A stretch of DNA of 64,000 nt from Acholeplasma sp. (GTDB lineage Bacteria > Bacillota_I > Bacilli_A > Acholeplasmatales > UBA5453): positions 1 to 64,000 of the forward strand of contig JAVBWN010000016.1 of NCBI GenBank assembly GCA_036677365.1, in the 5' to 3' direction. Of the stretch, positions 34,807 through 47,771 are shown piece after piece (the stretch's first letter is position 1; the number at the start of each line of letters is the position of its first letter). The notes under the pieces are model-generated. The model saw only the letters and a program-made list of their open reading frames with translations, was not told the DNA's origin and ran no database searches. A program made the position numbers and the translations under genes.

Positions 34807-35154
34807 TCACTGTTTTTTATGAATGTTCTTAATGTGTTTTCTAGCAATTTCAATTTCTGATGGTGGTGTCGATTGACTCTTCTTAAAAAAGCCATTCAAT
34901 ATGTAAAACTTTCCATTGAAAAACGTAAACATGACCCTTAAATTAGTGGTACGCAACTCGTACAGATCATCCTCTAGTTTTTTAAAGGACTCTCGTTTGA
35001 ATTTTTCGTTCATCTCTAAACCATGCTCAGCTAGTTTATCCATATATCTTCTTAAATCAATCCAATTTTTAGGGTTCCCCGAACTTTTGATATCAGCAAT
35101 CAAATCATTTATAAGAGCTCTATCTTTGTCTGGGTAAGGAATAACTTCATACAT
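34807..35154 (-). CDS. HigB/RelE-family (Gp49-like) toxin
   Basis: LYELR...RVMF...ILNGFFKKSQSTPPSEIEIAR motif; toxin-first gene order. Confidence 0.88.
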   Translation of the reverse strand: MYEVIPYPDKDRALINDLIADIKSSGNPKNWIDLRRYMDKLAEHGLEMNEKFKRESFKKLEDDLYELRTTNLRVMFTFFNGKFYILNGFFKKSQSTPPSEIEIARKHIKNIHKKQ

Positions 35155-35180
35155 ACATAGATAGGCTCCTTTTCAAGAAT

Positions 35181-35234
35181 ATAACAAATTTGTTATTGCG
35201 AGATCATTTTATCATGATGGTTCGTATAAGTCAA
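35181..35234 (-). promoter_or_regulatory. TAC operon promoter and palindromic operator
   Basis: TTGACT (35234-35229)-17 bp-TAAAAT (35211-35206) with extended TG; perfect palindrome ATAACAAATTTGTTAT at 35181-35196. Confidence 0.75.
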
Positions 35235-35449
35235 TCACTAATTATTCATCATCAACCAACTATAAATATTAACTACACTTTTTGATGTCCATTTTTAACT
35301 CCTATTTGAATGAAATCGAGATTCACTATAAAAAAAATCAGTCCCATCTATTTGATCGTTCAATTTCTTTTCTATGAATCAAATTCGAAATCTAAAATGA
35401 TTATTACGACAAGTGATATAATGAAGTTAGAAAGGTGGGAGAAACCATT

Positions 35450-37153
35450 ATGGATATCAACGCACTCACACTCAAAGCGAATTCAGGAGATCTAGACGCA
35501 TGTTATGATCTCGCGATGTTATATAAAATAGGTAAGGGTGTTTTACAAAACGACCAAGTCTACGAAAAATACATCAAAATGGCCAGTGCTAAAAACCACC
35601 CTAAAGCCTTATTGGAATTGGGTTTTATTTTAGTGGCAGCAAACAAAGTAGAAGAAGGCATCGACAAGATCAAACTCTCTGCTAAGAAAGGTTACCTCGA
35701 AGCGAACTATTACTGTGGTCAAATCTATTTTGGTAAGTTATACAATCAACCACCCAATTATAAAGTCGGATTTAAATACTTTGAAACATACATGGTGGAA
35801 TATGAGCCACAAACCTTCCAGTTTTTAAGCGAGTTTGACCCACGCTTGTTCTCATCCTCGGATGCAGAACTCGAACGTTTGGTTCAACTCTATGAAAAAT
35901 ACGGGATGCCGAGTGGGTTATACAACGCCGCTATCGTTCATTTAGAAGCGAAGAAACCCAATTATGAAAAAGCAATTGAAAACTTAACCAATGCGCATAA
36001 AAAAGGATACTTAGCGGCCACCCACCGTTTATTCTTAATCTACTATGATCAAAGTCCACTGTATAAAGATTTCCATGGTAAAGACTACGTCAAAGCGACC
36101 ACCTATTATGTACTATTATTAAATGCGAATTATAAACCCAATCTTGAAAACGATGGACAATCTTCTTTCTTCATTCCACCCAAAGGTGGGTATTTGGCAC
36201 AAGTATTCGACTACAACAAATACATCGAAGACTATAAAACCTACATCTTCCAATCGATTTCCTATGAAACGGATTTTTCAACACACATCAAGGATGTTAA
36301 AATCATCCCTGAACTGATGTTAGAACCTCAGCCATTGATGTTTTACAATGGTAAGATCGATTATTATAAAGAAAAACCAAAGAAGAAAAAAGAAGTGGAA
36401 GTCATTCAAAAAGACATCAGTTATAAAAACTTCGAAACACGCCCCGACAGTAAGCTTTCGGTCTTGTCTGAACGTGCCATCTTTGGCAAGTTCAACATGA
36501 CTTCTGGCATTTGTGTATTTAAAGCCTATGAACCTGAAAAACAAATCCTTGAAACACTGCACAAACAAGCCGATAAAGAAAAAGCCACCTATAAAGATTT
36601 ATTGGTGGATTCAAAAATCGATTTTGACTTTGCCTATTTATTTAAGCCATCGCTCAGACTAAGATACAAATACTTAGATGATTCTTATGAAACCAGCATT
36701 ACCCCAGAAGACATTCAAGCTGGTGTCTTGTTAGAAGGGCCACTTAAACCAGAAGTAGAAAAAGCAATTCAAAAAGTCATTAAGAGCATGTCTAAACCAA
36801 AGACCAACCTCTATACCCTCTTTAATATCATTTTATTGTTATCGCTTTTTTCGATGAACTTCTTGTATTTTGACAAACTCGAATCTACCTTGGGTTTAGT
36901 GATGGCACTTGGTTCTTTCGTTTATATGATCGTGGTTTATTTCATGAGTAAACTTGGACCAAAGAAGATTGAAGTGTTATCTAAGACACAACTCATCAAG
37001 ATGAATGACGCCTTAGACTTTAAAAAAGCCATTAAGATCAAAAAAGCCAACGGTAGAAAGAAACGTTTACCACTGGTTTTGGCGGTATTTGGTTTTGTGA
37101 TTGCTTTAGCATTGGTTATGGATGTCTATTTGAATATTGTAAACCTCATTTAG
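35450..37153 (+). CDS. Sel1/TPR-repeat protein with C-terminal transmembrane helices
   Basis: A..G...A.Y.LA.LY..GKGV Sel1 pattern repeated at the N-terminus; about 3 hydrophobic C-terminal segments. Confidence 0.75.
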   Translation: MDINALTLKANSGDLDACYDLAMLYKIGKGVLQNDQVYEKYIKMASAKNHPKALLELGFILVAANKVEEGIDKIKLSAKKGYLEANYYCGQIYFGKLYNQPPNYKVGFKYFETYMVEYEPQTFQFLSEFDPRLFSSSDAELERLVQLYEKYGMPSGLYNAAIVHLEAKKPNYEKAIENLTNAHKKGYLAATHRLFLIYYDQSPLYKDFHGKDYVKATTYYVLLLNANYKPNLENDGQSSFFIPPKGGYLAQVFDYNKYIEDYKTYIFQSISYETDFSTHIKDVKIIPELMLEPQPLMFYNGKIDYYKEKPKKKKEVEVIQKDISYKNFETRPDSKLSVLSERAIFGKFNMTSGICVFKAYEPEKQILETLHKQADKEKATYKDLLVDSKIDFDFAYLFKPSLRLRYKYLDDSYETSITPEDIQAGVLLEGPLKPEVEKAIQKVIKSMSKPKTNLYTLFNIILLLSLFSMNFLYFDKLESTLGLVMALGSFVYMIVVYFMSKLGPKKIEVLSKTQLIKMNDALDFKKAIKIKKANGRKKRLPLVLAVFGFVIALALVMDVYLNIVNLI

Positions 37154-37264
37154 AAATTGACCTCAGAAATGAGGTTTTTTCTTTGTTTTATCACTGTTTT
37201 TTCAAAATATCATTTATTTTTAAGATTTTGAGTCTATAATGAAATTAAGAAGGATAGTGATAAC

Positions 37265-38251
37265 ATGGCTTTATCACGTGCATCCAGAATCGAACGCGAA
37301 CGCAAAAACTTCATATTAAAACGTTACTTAAGCGGCATCATGCTCACGACAGTCGCTGCGGTAGCGTCTTTAAGGTTATTCCAACCGGTTTTGATTCAAC
37401 TGCTATCACTGTATAATACCGGTAATACATTAAACTATGAATTCTATATTGAACATCACCCGGATTTAAAAATGGAAACCTTAAGGGTGAGTTTAGAAAG
37501 CACACAAGAATATTATGAACAACCGCTGGGTGTAGGTAACCAAATGGGGGCATTCAATACCCTCATTGTGGGCAGAGAATACACATTAAAAGTGAAGGGA
37601 GATTTTGGTTTTGGGGATCAGTCGGTCTATGAAACCAAATACCGACTCTCAACCAAACCGGTGGGCAGTCTTTCCATTTCACAAAACATCCACACACTCT
37701 ATTATTACTTAAGTGTCACAGACTTATATGACATCATCCCAAGCGAGGTTGTTCTATTGAGGGTATATCAGTTTGGGGTACTGTTTGAAACCATCGAAGT
37801 CGTATTGGACGCTTCGGGCAACACCCAAAGCTATGGCGAAATCAATGACGTTAAGGCAGATGGGTTCGAATACCACTTCGAAATTGTTTACCCAGAGCGT
37901 GGTGGTTATCAAACCTTATATGAAACCGACTTCAAAACCTCCAATGACCCAGTCATCTATGGCAGTGCCTATATCGATTTAGATCAAGTATCTTATTATT
38001 TCTATGTGTATGATTTCGCTTTAAAACGATTAACAAATGATATTAGGATTGCTTTGTATTTGGATCAAACCAAAGTCTATGAAGTGACATTGACACTGTC
38101 TGAAGAACTCATCGTAGAAGGGATCATCGAAAACATCGACCCAACCAAAGTATATGAAATCCAGGTGTCTTTATATTTAGAAAAAGGATTTAGCGTTATC
38201 CATCAATCATATGTGTACCAATGGGAGGAACACTACAATGAAACTCAATAA
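37265..38251 (+). CDS. Hypothetical N-terminally anchored protein with beta-rich (FN3/Ig-like) repeats
   Basis: Basic N-terminus plus one TM segment, then three ~100-aa beta-strand-rich units. Confidence 0.55.
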   Translation: MALSRASRIERERKNFILKRYLSGIMLTTVAAVASLRLFQPVLIQLLSLYNTGNTLNYEFYIEHHPDLKMETLRVSLESTQEYYEQPLGVGNQMGAFNTLIVGREYTLKVKGDFGFGDQSVYETKYRLSTKPVGSLSISQNIHTLYYYLSVTDLYDIIPSEVVLLRVYQFGVLFETIEVVLDASGNTQSYGEINDVKADGFEYHFEIVYPERGGYQTLYETDFKTSNDPVIYGSAYIDLDQVSYYFYVYDFALKRLTNDIRIALYLDQTKVYEVTLTLSEELIVEGIIENIDPTKVYEIQVSLYLEKGFSVIHQSYVYQWEEHYNETQ

Positions 38252-39173
38252 AAAACAAATCACAACCATCGTTTTCGGTTCACTCGCAGGCGTATTTCTA
38301 CTACTCGCGATTTTAGGTAAATACATTTTTAAACCCGGGACACTCCTCTATGAAATCTCTGCAGATAACATCGGTAAATTTTTTGGCGTGGTGGATTTCT
38401 TTGAAAACAACATTCCAAACATCGTCGAAACCATCGCAGTCATTGTGTTCTTATGGGTGGTATCAAAGCTCTCTGAATTACTGTTAAAAGTGGTTACCCT
38501 CAAAGGCAAGAAATCCAGAACCATCGCGAACTTACTCGCATCGATGATCAAGTATGGTGTTTTAATCGTTGGTGCATTCCTAGTCTTATCTGCTTGGGGT
38601 GTTTCAACACCTACCTTACTCGCATCACTAGGTATTTTAGGGTTAGCATTAACCTTTGGTGCACAATCCTTGGTTGAAGATATATTATCTGGACTATTCA
38701 TCATTTTTGAAGACCAATTTGAAATCAATGACATCATTCAAATTGGTGACTTTAGGGGCCGTGTCACAGACATCGGCGTACGTGTCACCAAGTTTGAAGA
38801 CGTCAATGGCGACATCAAGATTATTAACAACTCGGATATCCGCGGCGCGATCAATACCACCAATAAATTATCCCCTGCCATCTGTGATGTATCGGTATCT
38901 TATGGTGCGAATCTTAAATCCATCGAAGAAGTCATCAAAGCAAATCTACACAAAATCAAAGAAAACATACCAAATATCAAAGAAGGGCCATTCTACTATG
39001 GTGTTCAAGAATTGGGGGCTTCCGGGGTAGTTCTACGCATTTACGCGAAGTGTGAAGAGTTGGATAAGTATGGTGTCAGACGTCAACTCAACCGCGAAAT
39101 CAAACTCATCTTTGATGAAAATAACATTGAAATCCCATTCAATCAAATTGTGGTACATCAGGCTAAAGAATAG
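38238..39173 (+). CDS. MscS-family mechanosensitive channel
   Basis: GLALTFGAQSLVEDILSGLFIIFEDQF, GRVTDIGVRVT, IEIPF; ATG 38238. Confidence 0.92.
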   Translation: MKLNKKQITTIVFGSLAGVFLLLAILGKYIFKPGTLLYEISADNIGKFFGVVDFFENNIPNIVETIAVIVFLWVVSKLSELLLKVVTLKGKKSRTIANLLASMIKYGVLIVGAFLVLSAWGVSTPTLLASLGILGLALTFGAQSLVEDILSGLFIIFEDQFEINDIIQIGDFRGRVTDIGVRVTKFEDVNGDIKIINNSDIRGAINTTNKLSPAICDVSVSYGANLKSIEEVIKANLHKIKENIPNIKEGPFYYGVQELGASGVVLRIYAKCEELDKYGVRRQLNREIKLIFDENNIEIPFNQIVVHQAKE

Positions 39174-39263
39174 TGATCACACACTATTCTTTTTTTTGAA
39201 TGTAAAATGAAATAGTAAATAATACACAATTGGTGTATAATCAACCTAAAGAAGGCGATACTT

Positions 39264-39995
39264 ATGCAGCTCTTACTATTTATGTTCATTTTGAACTATT
39301 TTATCTTTAGAAGAGACATCGATGTAGATTATTTAAGAAATAACTTCTTTTCGATCCATTTCTACAGATGGATGGTAATGATTCCAGTAATAATACCCTT
39401 GATTCCTTATCAGTTTTATGAATTTGATAACTATGCGATTACAAATATCTATACGTTTGTTATTGAGTTTTCGGTATCTTTTAGTACATTATTCATTATT
39501 TTTGATATGGGTAGGAATCTATTTAAAATCAAACACCCAGAAATCTACTATAAAAATCACTTCTTCATTATGTCAATCACAGCTATGATTGAACTTTTAA
39601 TCAGTTCAATGATTATGCATTATCTCATCGGATTAGAGGAATTGGTGTTCATCATTGGCTCAGAGCGATATTGGTTTGGTGCGTATGTTATCTTGATTGT
39701 ACCTATGTTCTATATTCAGGTATACATCGATCAAGTGAACAAAAGAGGCATAACGATTTTCCCTTGGTTAAGTATTTTTGAACGGGTATTTTGGTTTTAT
39801 GTCATCACAGAAGGTTTATGGTTTCTATTACCGGCAACCCTACTCATTCGATGGATTGTCCTTCGATTTCCTAAAGGGAAACACTTATATCATTGCTTTT
39901 TCACTGAAGTCATGTTAAATCTTGTCACAGTTTTGGCAGTACTGTTTTATGTGGCTTTATTCTACTATGGGTATTATGAAGTGTTCTCGTACTGA
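39264..39995 (+). CDS. Multi-pass membrane protein, unknown function
   Basis: 243 aa, about 7 hydrophobic segments, PWLSIFER motif. Confidence 0.65.
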   Translation: MQLLLFMFILNYFIFRRDIDVDYLRNNFFSIHFYRWMVMIPVIIPLIPYQFYEFDNYAITNIYTFVIEFSVSFSTLFIIFDMGRNLFKIKHPEIYYKNHFFIMSITAMIELLISSMIMHYLIGLEELVFIIGSERYWFGAYVILIVPMFYIQVYIDQVNKRGITIFPWLSIFERVFWFYVITEGLWFLLPATLLIRWIVLRFPKGKHLYHCFFTEVMLNLVTVLAVLFYVALFYYGYYEVFSY

Positions 39996-40014
39996 TCGTA
40001 AGGGGTGATTAAGG

Positions 40015-40746
40015 ATGTCTATATTTATATTCATAACATTGTTGTTTTATATGGTTCTCTATATTGAGTTGAAACCAAGCATTTCAAGTAGCCGAATGTG
40101 GGCCCAAATGCTCATCAAGTGGCTGATATACTTTATAATTGGGTTTTCTATGTCATGGGCATTTAGGGATGAATATCAGTTATTCATTATGGAACCAAAC
40201 ACAAGAGGTATATGGGTTATCAGCCTATGGTTGATTTTAGGGTTATTGATGGATGTGGGTCTTCAGCTGTTGAAATTGAGGTATAGAGCATTTTGTAGTA
40301 AGAATGCGCCTTGGATTTATGTTGTCTTCGTTCTTTTACAATCGGTTATGACGTTCTTGTTCTTCAATAATATTGGTATACAGATGAATCCATGGTTGAG
40401 GTCTGAATTCAATCTCCTCATCGTGATACTCATTACAGTGTTCCCTGGACTTCATCTTGAACTGATGACACAACGTATTGAACAAAAATACCACCCAATT
40501 TGGCCAATCATCAATATATTTGAGCGAGGGTTCATTTTATATTGTTTCTATTTCGGCAATCTCTATTTAGTGTTCATGCCACTTTCTTTAAGGATCATCA
40601 GCACAGTGATACCTCAAAAAAATTTAAAACGCTCTGATCAACTCTATCAAGCCGTTTTGAATTTGTTAATCATGGGATTTGTTTTAGTCGTTACGATGTT
40701 GATTGCGGGTCCAGATATCCTAAATATGTTTTTCAGAAACTATTAA
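40015..40746 (+). CDS. Multi-pass membrane protein, probable paralog of the upstream gene
   Basis: 243 aa, about 7 hydrophobic segments, PIINIFER motif at a similar position. Confidence 0.65.
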   Translation: MSIFIFITLLFYMVLYIELKPSISSSRMWAQMLIKWLIYFIIGFSMSWAFRDEYQLFIMEPNTRGIWVISLWLILGLLMDVGLQLLKLRYRAFCSKNAPWIYVVFVLLQSVMTFLFFNNIGIQMNPWLRSEFNLLIVILITVFPGLHLELMTQRIEQKYHPIWPIINIFERGFILYCFYFGNLYLVFMPLSLRIISTVIPQKNLKRSDQLYQAVLNLLIMGFVLVVTMLIAGPDILNMFFRNY

Positions 40747-40866
40747 AACACACATATTAAATACAAAAAGTGCTTTCATAAGTTTGAAAACACTTTTTTT
40801 GTACATTTTTGTTGCTTTTTTTATGCTAATTTGTAACAATATAAGCATTGGAGGATTTATAAACCT

Positions 40867-43594
<2,728 letters not shown>

Positions 43595-44093
43595 GGCACG
43601 AATTTTCGTGCTTTTTTCTTTAGGTCAAATCCTAAATGAAAAAAATCGAACAATTTTTGAAAGCGAAATTCGATGTGTTACGTTATTGGTCACTAGATGT
43701 TGAAATTGATCTCTTGAAATGATTAATAACTACAAATCATAGTTGCTTATAAAGGCTTCATGACGGGATTAATTGTTTTTAATATTTTCTTAAGATGACT
43801 TTTATTGAATGAAATGAAAAAGACATTAAAATATGATAAAATAACGTGGCGTCTATTAATATGAACAGGTTTTCATGCGATAATCCATAACTGTTGACTA
43901 ACTTTACAAGATTTATATGATATAATCATACTGTATCTATTTTCAGCCCATTTTGAAGCGTTTTTCGTAAAAATTACATTTTTATTACAGATACCACAGC
44001 GATTTATTTATACATAAAATAAACTAGTGATATAATGAGATAAAATGATTTGAATATAGAAGTTTATTCGGGGATTACTTGGGAGGGACAAGT

Positions 44094-45965
44094 ATGCCAA
44101 TTAAGTTGAACAAGAGTCAGATTTTACATGACTTAGGCATGATGGTAGTCGATATCATATTGATTTTTTTATCGTATTTCGCATTTATTTTAATGTATGT
44201 TGTGGTTAAAGCAGATTATCAAGTAGACATGTTTATGCTCGCCATTGTTTTACCGACGGTGGCTGTGATGAAAATTATTGTTATGTATTCACTTGGCATT
44301 TATCGTATGCTTTCAAGACATGTTGGATTTGAAGATGTCATGCGCATATCGATTGCAGCCATCATCACCAACATCGTTATCGTTATATATATTGCACTCA
44401 CCAACCACTTGTTCATGTTCAAGTCGGCATATATTTTCATTACCCCAATCGAAATCATTCTTTTAACATTACCGCGCATACTTAATCGTATCCGCCTATT
44501 CATAAAAACAAACATATTTGTCAATCCAAATGAAGGTAGAAGAACCCTCATCATTGGTGCTGGTTCCGCTGGTGAACTGGTATTAAGAGAAATCTACCGT
44601 AATAAAGATTTAACCAACCACCCTGTCGCATTCCTCGATGACAATCCGAACAAGATTGGCAATCGATTGAATGGGATTTTAATCGTAGGTCCAGTAGAAC
44701 ACATCAGTAAATTCATTGAAGACTATAATGTCGAAGAAATCATTCTAGCCATCGCTGATTACCCAATTGAAAAACTCAATTGGTTGGTCAAAGAAGTATC
44801 TAAGTACAAACTCAAAATTAAGAAGTTACTATCCTATAGCGATGTCGATCGTGGCAATCCAAAAATTGTTAACGTTAAAGTTGAAGATTTACTCAACCGC
44901 CAAGAAATTCATTTAGACAATAAAGGCATATCTGCTTTTATTAAAGATGAAGTGGTTTTAGTCACCGGTGGCGGTGGGTCGATCGGCAGTGAGCTTTGTA
45001 GACAAATCGCTGAACTCAAACCGAAAACACTCGTTATTTTTGATATCTATGAAAATAACGCCTATGATATTCAACAAGAACTATTAAGAAAATTCTCCAA
45101 AGAACACCGCAGTGAAGAATTGCATCTAGTGGTAAGAATTGGATCTGTTTATAACAAACAAAGACTTGAAACCATCTTCCAAGAATTCAAACCGACCATC
45201 GTATTCCACGCAGCTGCATACAAACACGTGCCACTCATGGAAGACAGTGCGGTTGAAGCCGTGAGAACCAATGTCATTGGTACGTATAACACTGCTTCAT
45301 TATCGAATCAATATGGTGTAAAGAAGTTTGTTTTAGTTTCTTCGGATAAAGCTGTACGTTCGACCAACGTCATGGGTGCGACCAAACGTTTTGCAGAACT
45401 CATCATTCAAAACCAACAAACAGACAAAGGAACGAAGTTTTCTGCCGTTCGTTTTGGTAATGTCTTAGGCTCCAATGGGTCAGTCATCCCATTATTTAAG
45501 AAGCAAATCGAAGATGGTGGTCCTGTTACGGTTACTCACCCTGAAATCAACCGTTTCTTTATGACCATTCCAGAAGCGGTCAGCCTAATTTTACAATCCG
45601 CAGTGTACGCAGAAGGTGGCGAAGTATTTATCTTAGATATGGGTCAACCAGTGAAGATTAAAGACTTGGCAGAAAAGATGATTTCACTTGCAGGGTATGA
45701 ACCATATAAAGATATTCAAATTGAATTCACTGGGTTAAGACCAGGTGAAAAACTATTTGAAGAGCTTTTAGTCGATCACAATTATACCGACCATAAAGCA
45801 ACCGATAACGATAAGATTTACATTGAAAAACAAAAAGAAGTGTGTGACGAAGAATTGTCATTGGTAGATATTTTACTCACGTTTGAAGATAAGTCCAATG
45901 ACGAAATTAAACACCTGGTTTCAAGTGTCGTTAAGACGTATAAAGTCAACGGCGTGGAACATTAA
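44094..45965 (+). CDS. CapD/PglF-like nucleoside-diphosphate sugar 4,6-dehydratase
   Basis: N-terminal TM segments, GAGSAG, TGGGGSIGSEL, HAAAYKHVP, VRFGNVLGS, GLRPGEKL; ATG 44094. Confidence 0.95.
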   Translation: MPIKLNKSQILHDLGMMVVDIILIFLSYFAFILMYVVVKADYQVDMFMLAIVLPTVAVMKIIVMYSLGIYRMLSRHVGFEDVMRISIAAIITNIVIVIYIALTNHLFMFKSAYIFITPIEIILLTLPRILNRIRLFIKTNIFVNPNEGRRTLIIGAGSAGELVLREIYRNKDLTNHPVAFLDDNPNKIGNRLNGILIVGPVEHISKFIEDYNVEEIILAIADYPIEKLNWLVKEVSKYKLKIKKLLSYSDVDRGNPKIVNVKVEDLLNRQEIHLDNKGISAFIKDEVVLVTGGGGSIGSELCRQIAELKPKTLVIFDIYENNAYDIQQELLRKFSKEHRSEELHLVVRIGSVYNKQRLETIFQEFKPTIVFHAAAYKHVPLMEDSAVEAVRTNVIGTYNTASLSNQYGVKKFVLVSSDKAVRSTNVMGATKRFAELIIQNQQTDKGTKFSAVRFGNVLGSNGSVIPLFKKQIEDGGPVTVTHPEINRFFMTIPEAVSLILQSAVYAEGGEVFILDMGQPVKIKDLAEKMISLAGYEPYKDIQIEFTGLRPGEKLFEELLVDHNYTDHKATDNDKIYIEKQKEVCDEELSLVDILLTFEDKSNDEIKHLVSSVVKTYKVNGVEH

Positions 45966-45980
45966 AAAGGGGTTAATACT

Positions 45981-47762
45981 ATGTGTGGCATTGTAGGTTA
46001 CATCGGCAATAAAGAAGCCAAAGACGTCATTTTAGACGGATTAAAAAGACTCGAATATCGTGGATATGACTCAGCTGGTATGAGTCTTTTTAATACGCGA
46101 TATCAAGTCTATGACGTATATAAAGACCAAGGTAGAGTCGATAAACTCGCCCAGTCTGTTGAAAATAGTCCGAATTCCAACATTGGTATAGGACACACCC
46201 GTTGGGCAACCCACGGGAAAGTGAACAAGGTCAATGCGCACCCGCATTACTCACGTTCACGTCGTTTCATCATCGTTCATAATGGTGTTATTGAAAACTA
46301 TCATCAGCTCAAAGAACAATACCTTCAAGGGGTCAAGTTCGAAAGCGATACAGACACCGAAGTCATTGCACAACTCATTGAAACTTTCGCTGGAACACTC
46401 AATGTTGAAAATGCGATTTTAACCACATTGAGATTACTTAGAGGTTCATACGCCTTACTCATTTTGGACAATCAAAATCCAGAACAGTTTTTCGCTGCCA
46501 AATACAAGAGCCCGCTCTTAATTGGTCGAGGTAAAGAAGGGGTCACCGTCGCTTCTGACCTCATGGCACTCATTGGTTACAGTGAAGAATACTTACCATT
46601 AGAAGACAAAACCTTCGTGGTAGCGAGCCGTGATCACGTTCAATTATATGACATCAATCATAGCCCTTTACAACCTAAATTCTGTATCATCGATATGAGT
46701 AATGACGACGTTGAAAAAGGCGAATACGCCCACTTCATGTTAAAAGAAATTCACGAGCAACCTTCAGTTGTTCGTCGTATCGTTTCGAATTACTTCGATA
46801 ACGGAAAATCCCGTATTGATGAGAAAATACTCGATGACATTAAAGCTTCCGATCGCATCTATATCCTAGCTGCAGGGACCTCCATGCACGCGGGTTTAAT
46901 CGGCAAAGTTTTATTTGAAAAGCTCGATCAAATCCCTGTTGAAGTGCATATCGCAAGTGAGTTTGCTTACCAAAAACCATTGCTGTCTAAAAAGCCATTT
47001 TTCATCCTTGTCTCGCAGTCTGGTGAGACCGCAGACTTAAGAGCGTGTTTAGTTAATATCAAGGAAATGAACTTTCCGATTTTAACTGTCACCAACGTAC
47101 CAACCTCAACCCTTGCGAGAGAAGCGAAGTACTTTTTAGAACTATACGCTGGTCCTGAAATCGCAGTTGCGAGTACGAAAGCCTATGTCGCGCAAGTCGC
47201 TGTTTTATCATTAATTGCTTATGAATTATCCAATAAAGATTTTGATATTAGAGAAGAGCTAACAAAGGTCGCTTTGTCGATTGAAAACTTCTTATCTTGT
47301 CAAACGATGTTAGATGTTACACGCTACTTATTGACCCATAGAAACTGTTTCTTCATTGGTAGGGGACTCGATTACTATACCGGACTGGAAGCGGCTTTAA
47401 AACTCAAAGAAATCTCTTATATTCAAACCGAAGGCTTCGCTGCTGGTGAACTCAAACATGGTACCATCGCGCTCATAGAGGAAGGTACCCCAGTCATCGC
47501 GTTGATCTCGGATCCAAAGATTTCACACAACACCAGAAGTAATTTGAATGAAGTCATCGCACGTGGTGCGAGAACCATTCGAATTGTCACCAGTGAGGTC
47601 GCTGAAAATGGCGATGAAGTCATCGTGGATGCTGTTCACCCAATACTCACCCCAATGGTCATGGTCGTGCCTACCCAACTCTTGTCTTATTACGCTGCTT
47701 TAGAACGTAGTTTTGATATCGATAAGCCAAGAAATCTCGCAAAGAGCGTTACAGTTGAATAG
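45981..47762 (+). CDS. glmS: Glutamine--fructose-6-phosphate transaminase
   Basis: MCGIVG, EYRGYDSAG, GHTRWATHG, PRNLAKSVTVE. Confidence 0.99.
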   Translation: MCGIVGYIGNKEAKDVILDGLKRLEYRGYDSAGMSLFNTRYQVYDVYKDQGRVDKLAQSVENSPNSNIGIGHTRWATHGKVNKVNAHPHYSRSRRFIIVHNGVIENYHQLKEQYLQGVKFESDTDTEVIAQLIETFAGTLNVENAILTTLRLLRGSYALLILDNQNPEQFFAAKYKSPLLIGRGKEGVTVASDLMALIGYSEEYLPLEDKTFVVASRDHVQLYDINHSPLQPKFCIIDMSNDDVEKGEYAHFMLKEIHEQPSVVRRIVSNYFDNGKSRIDEKILDDIKASDRIYILAAGTSMHAGLIGKVLFEKLDQIPVEVHIASEFAYQKPLLSKKPFFILVSQSGETADLRACLVNIKEMNFPILTVTNVPTSTLAREAKYFLELYAGPEIAVASTKAYVAQVAVLSLIAYELSNKDFDIREELTKVALSIENFLSCQTMLDVTRYLLTHRNCFFIGRGLDYYTGLEAALKLKEISYIQTEGFAAGELKHGTIALIEEGTPVIALISDPKISHNTRSNLNEVIARGARTIRIVTSEVAENGDEVIVDAVHPILTPMVMVVPTQLLSYYAALERSFDIDKPRNLAKSVTVE

Positions 47763-47771
47763 GAGAAATTT

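Noticed and set aside
34713..34895. 60-aa ORF bridging toxin and antitoxin
   Set aside because: Half overlaps the toxin in another frame with no SD; probably spurious.
45900..45980. glmS ribozyme
   Set aside because: Only 15 nt separate capD and glmS, and no ribozyme core motif was seen.
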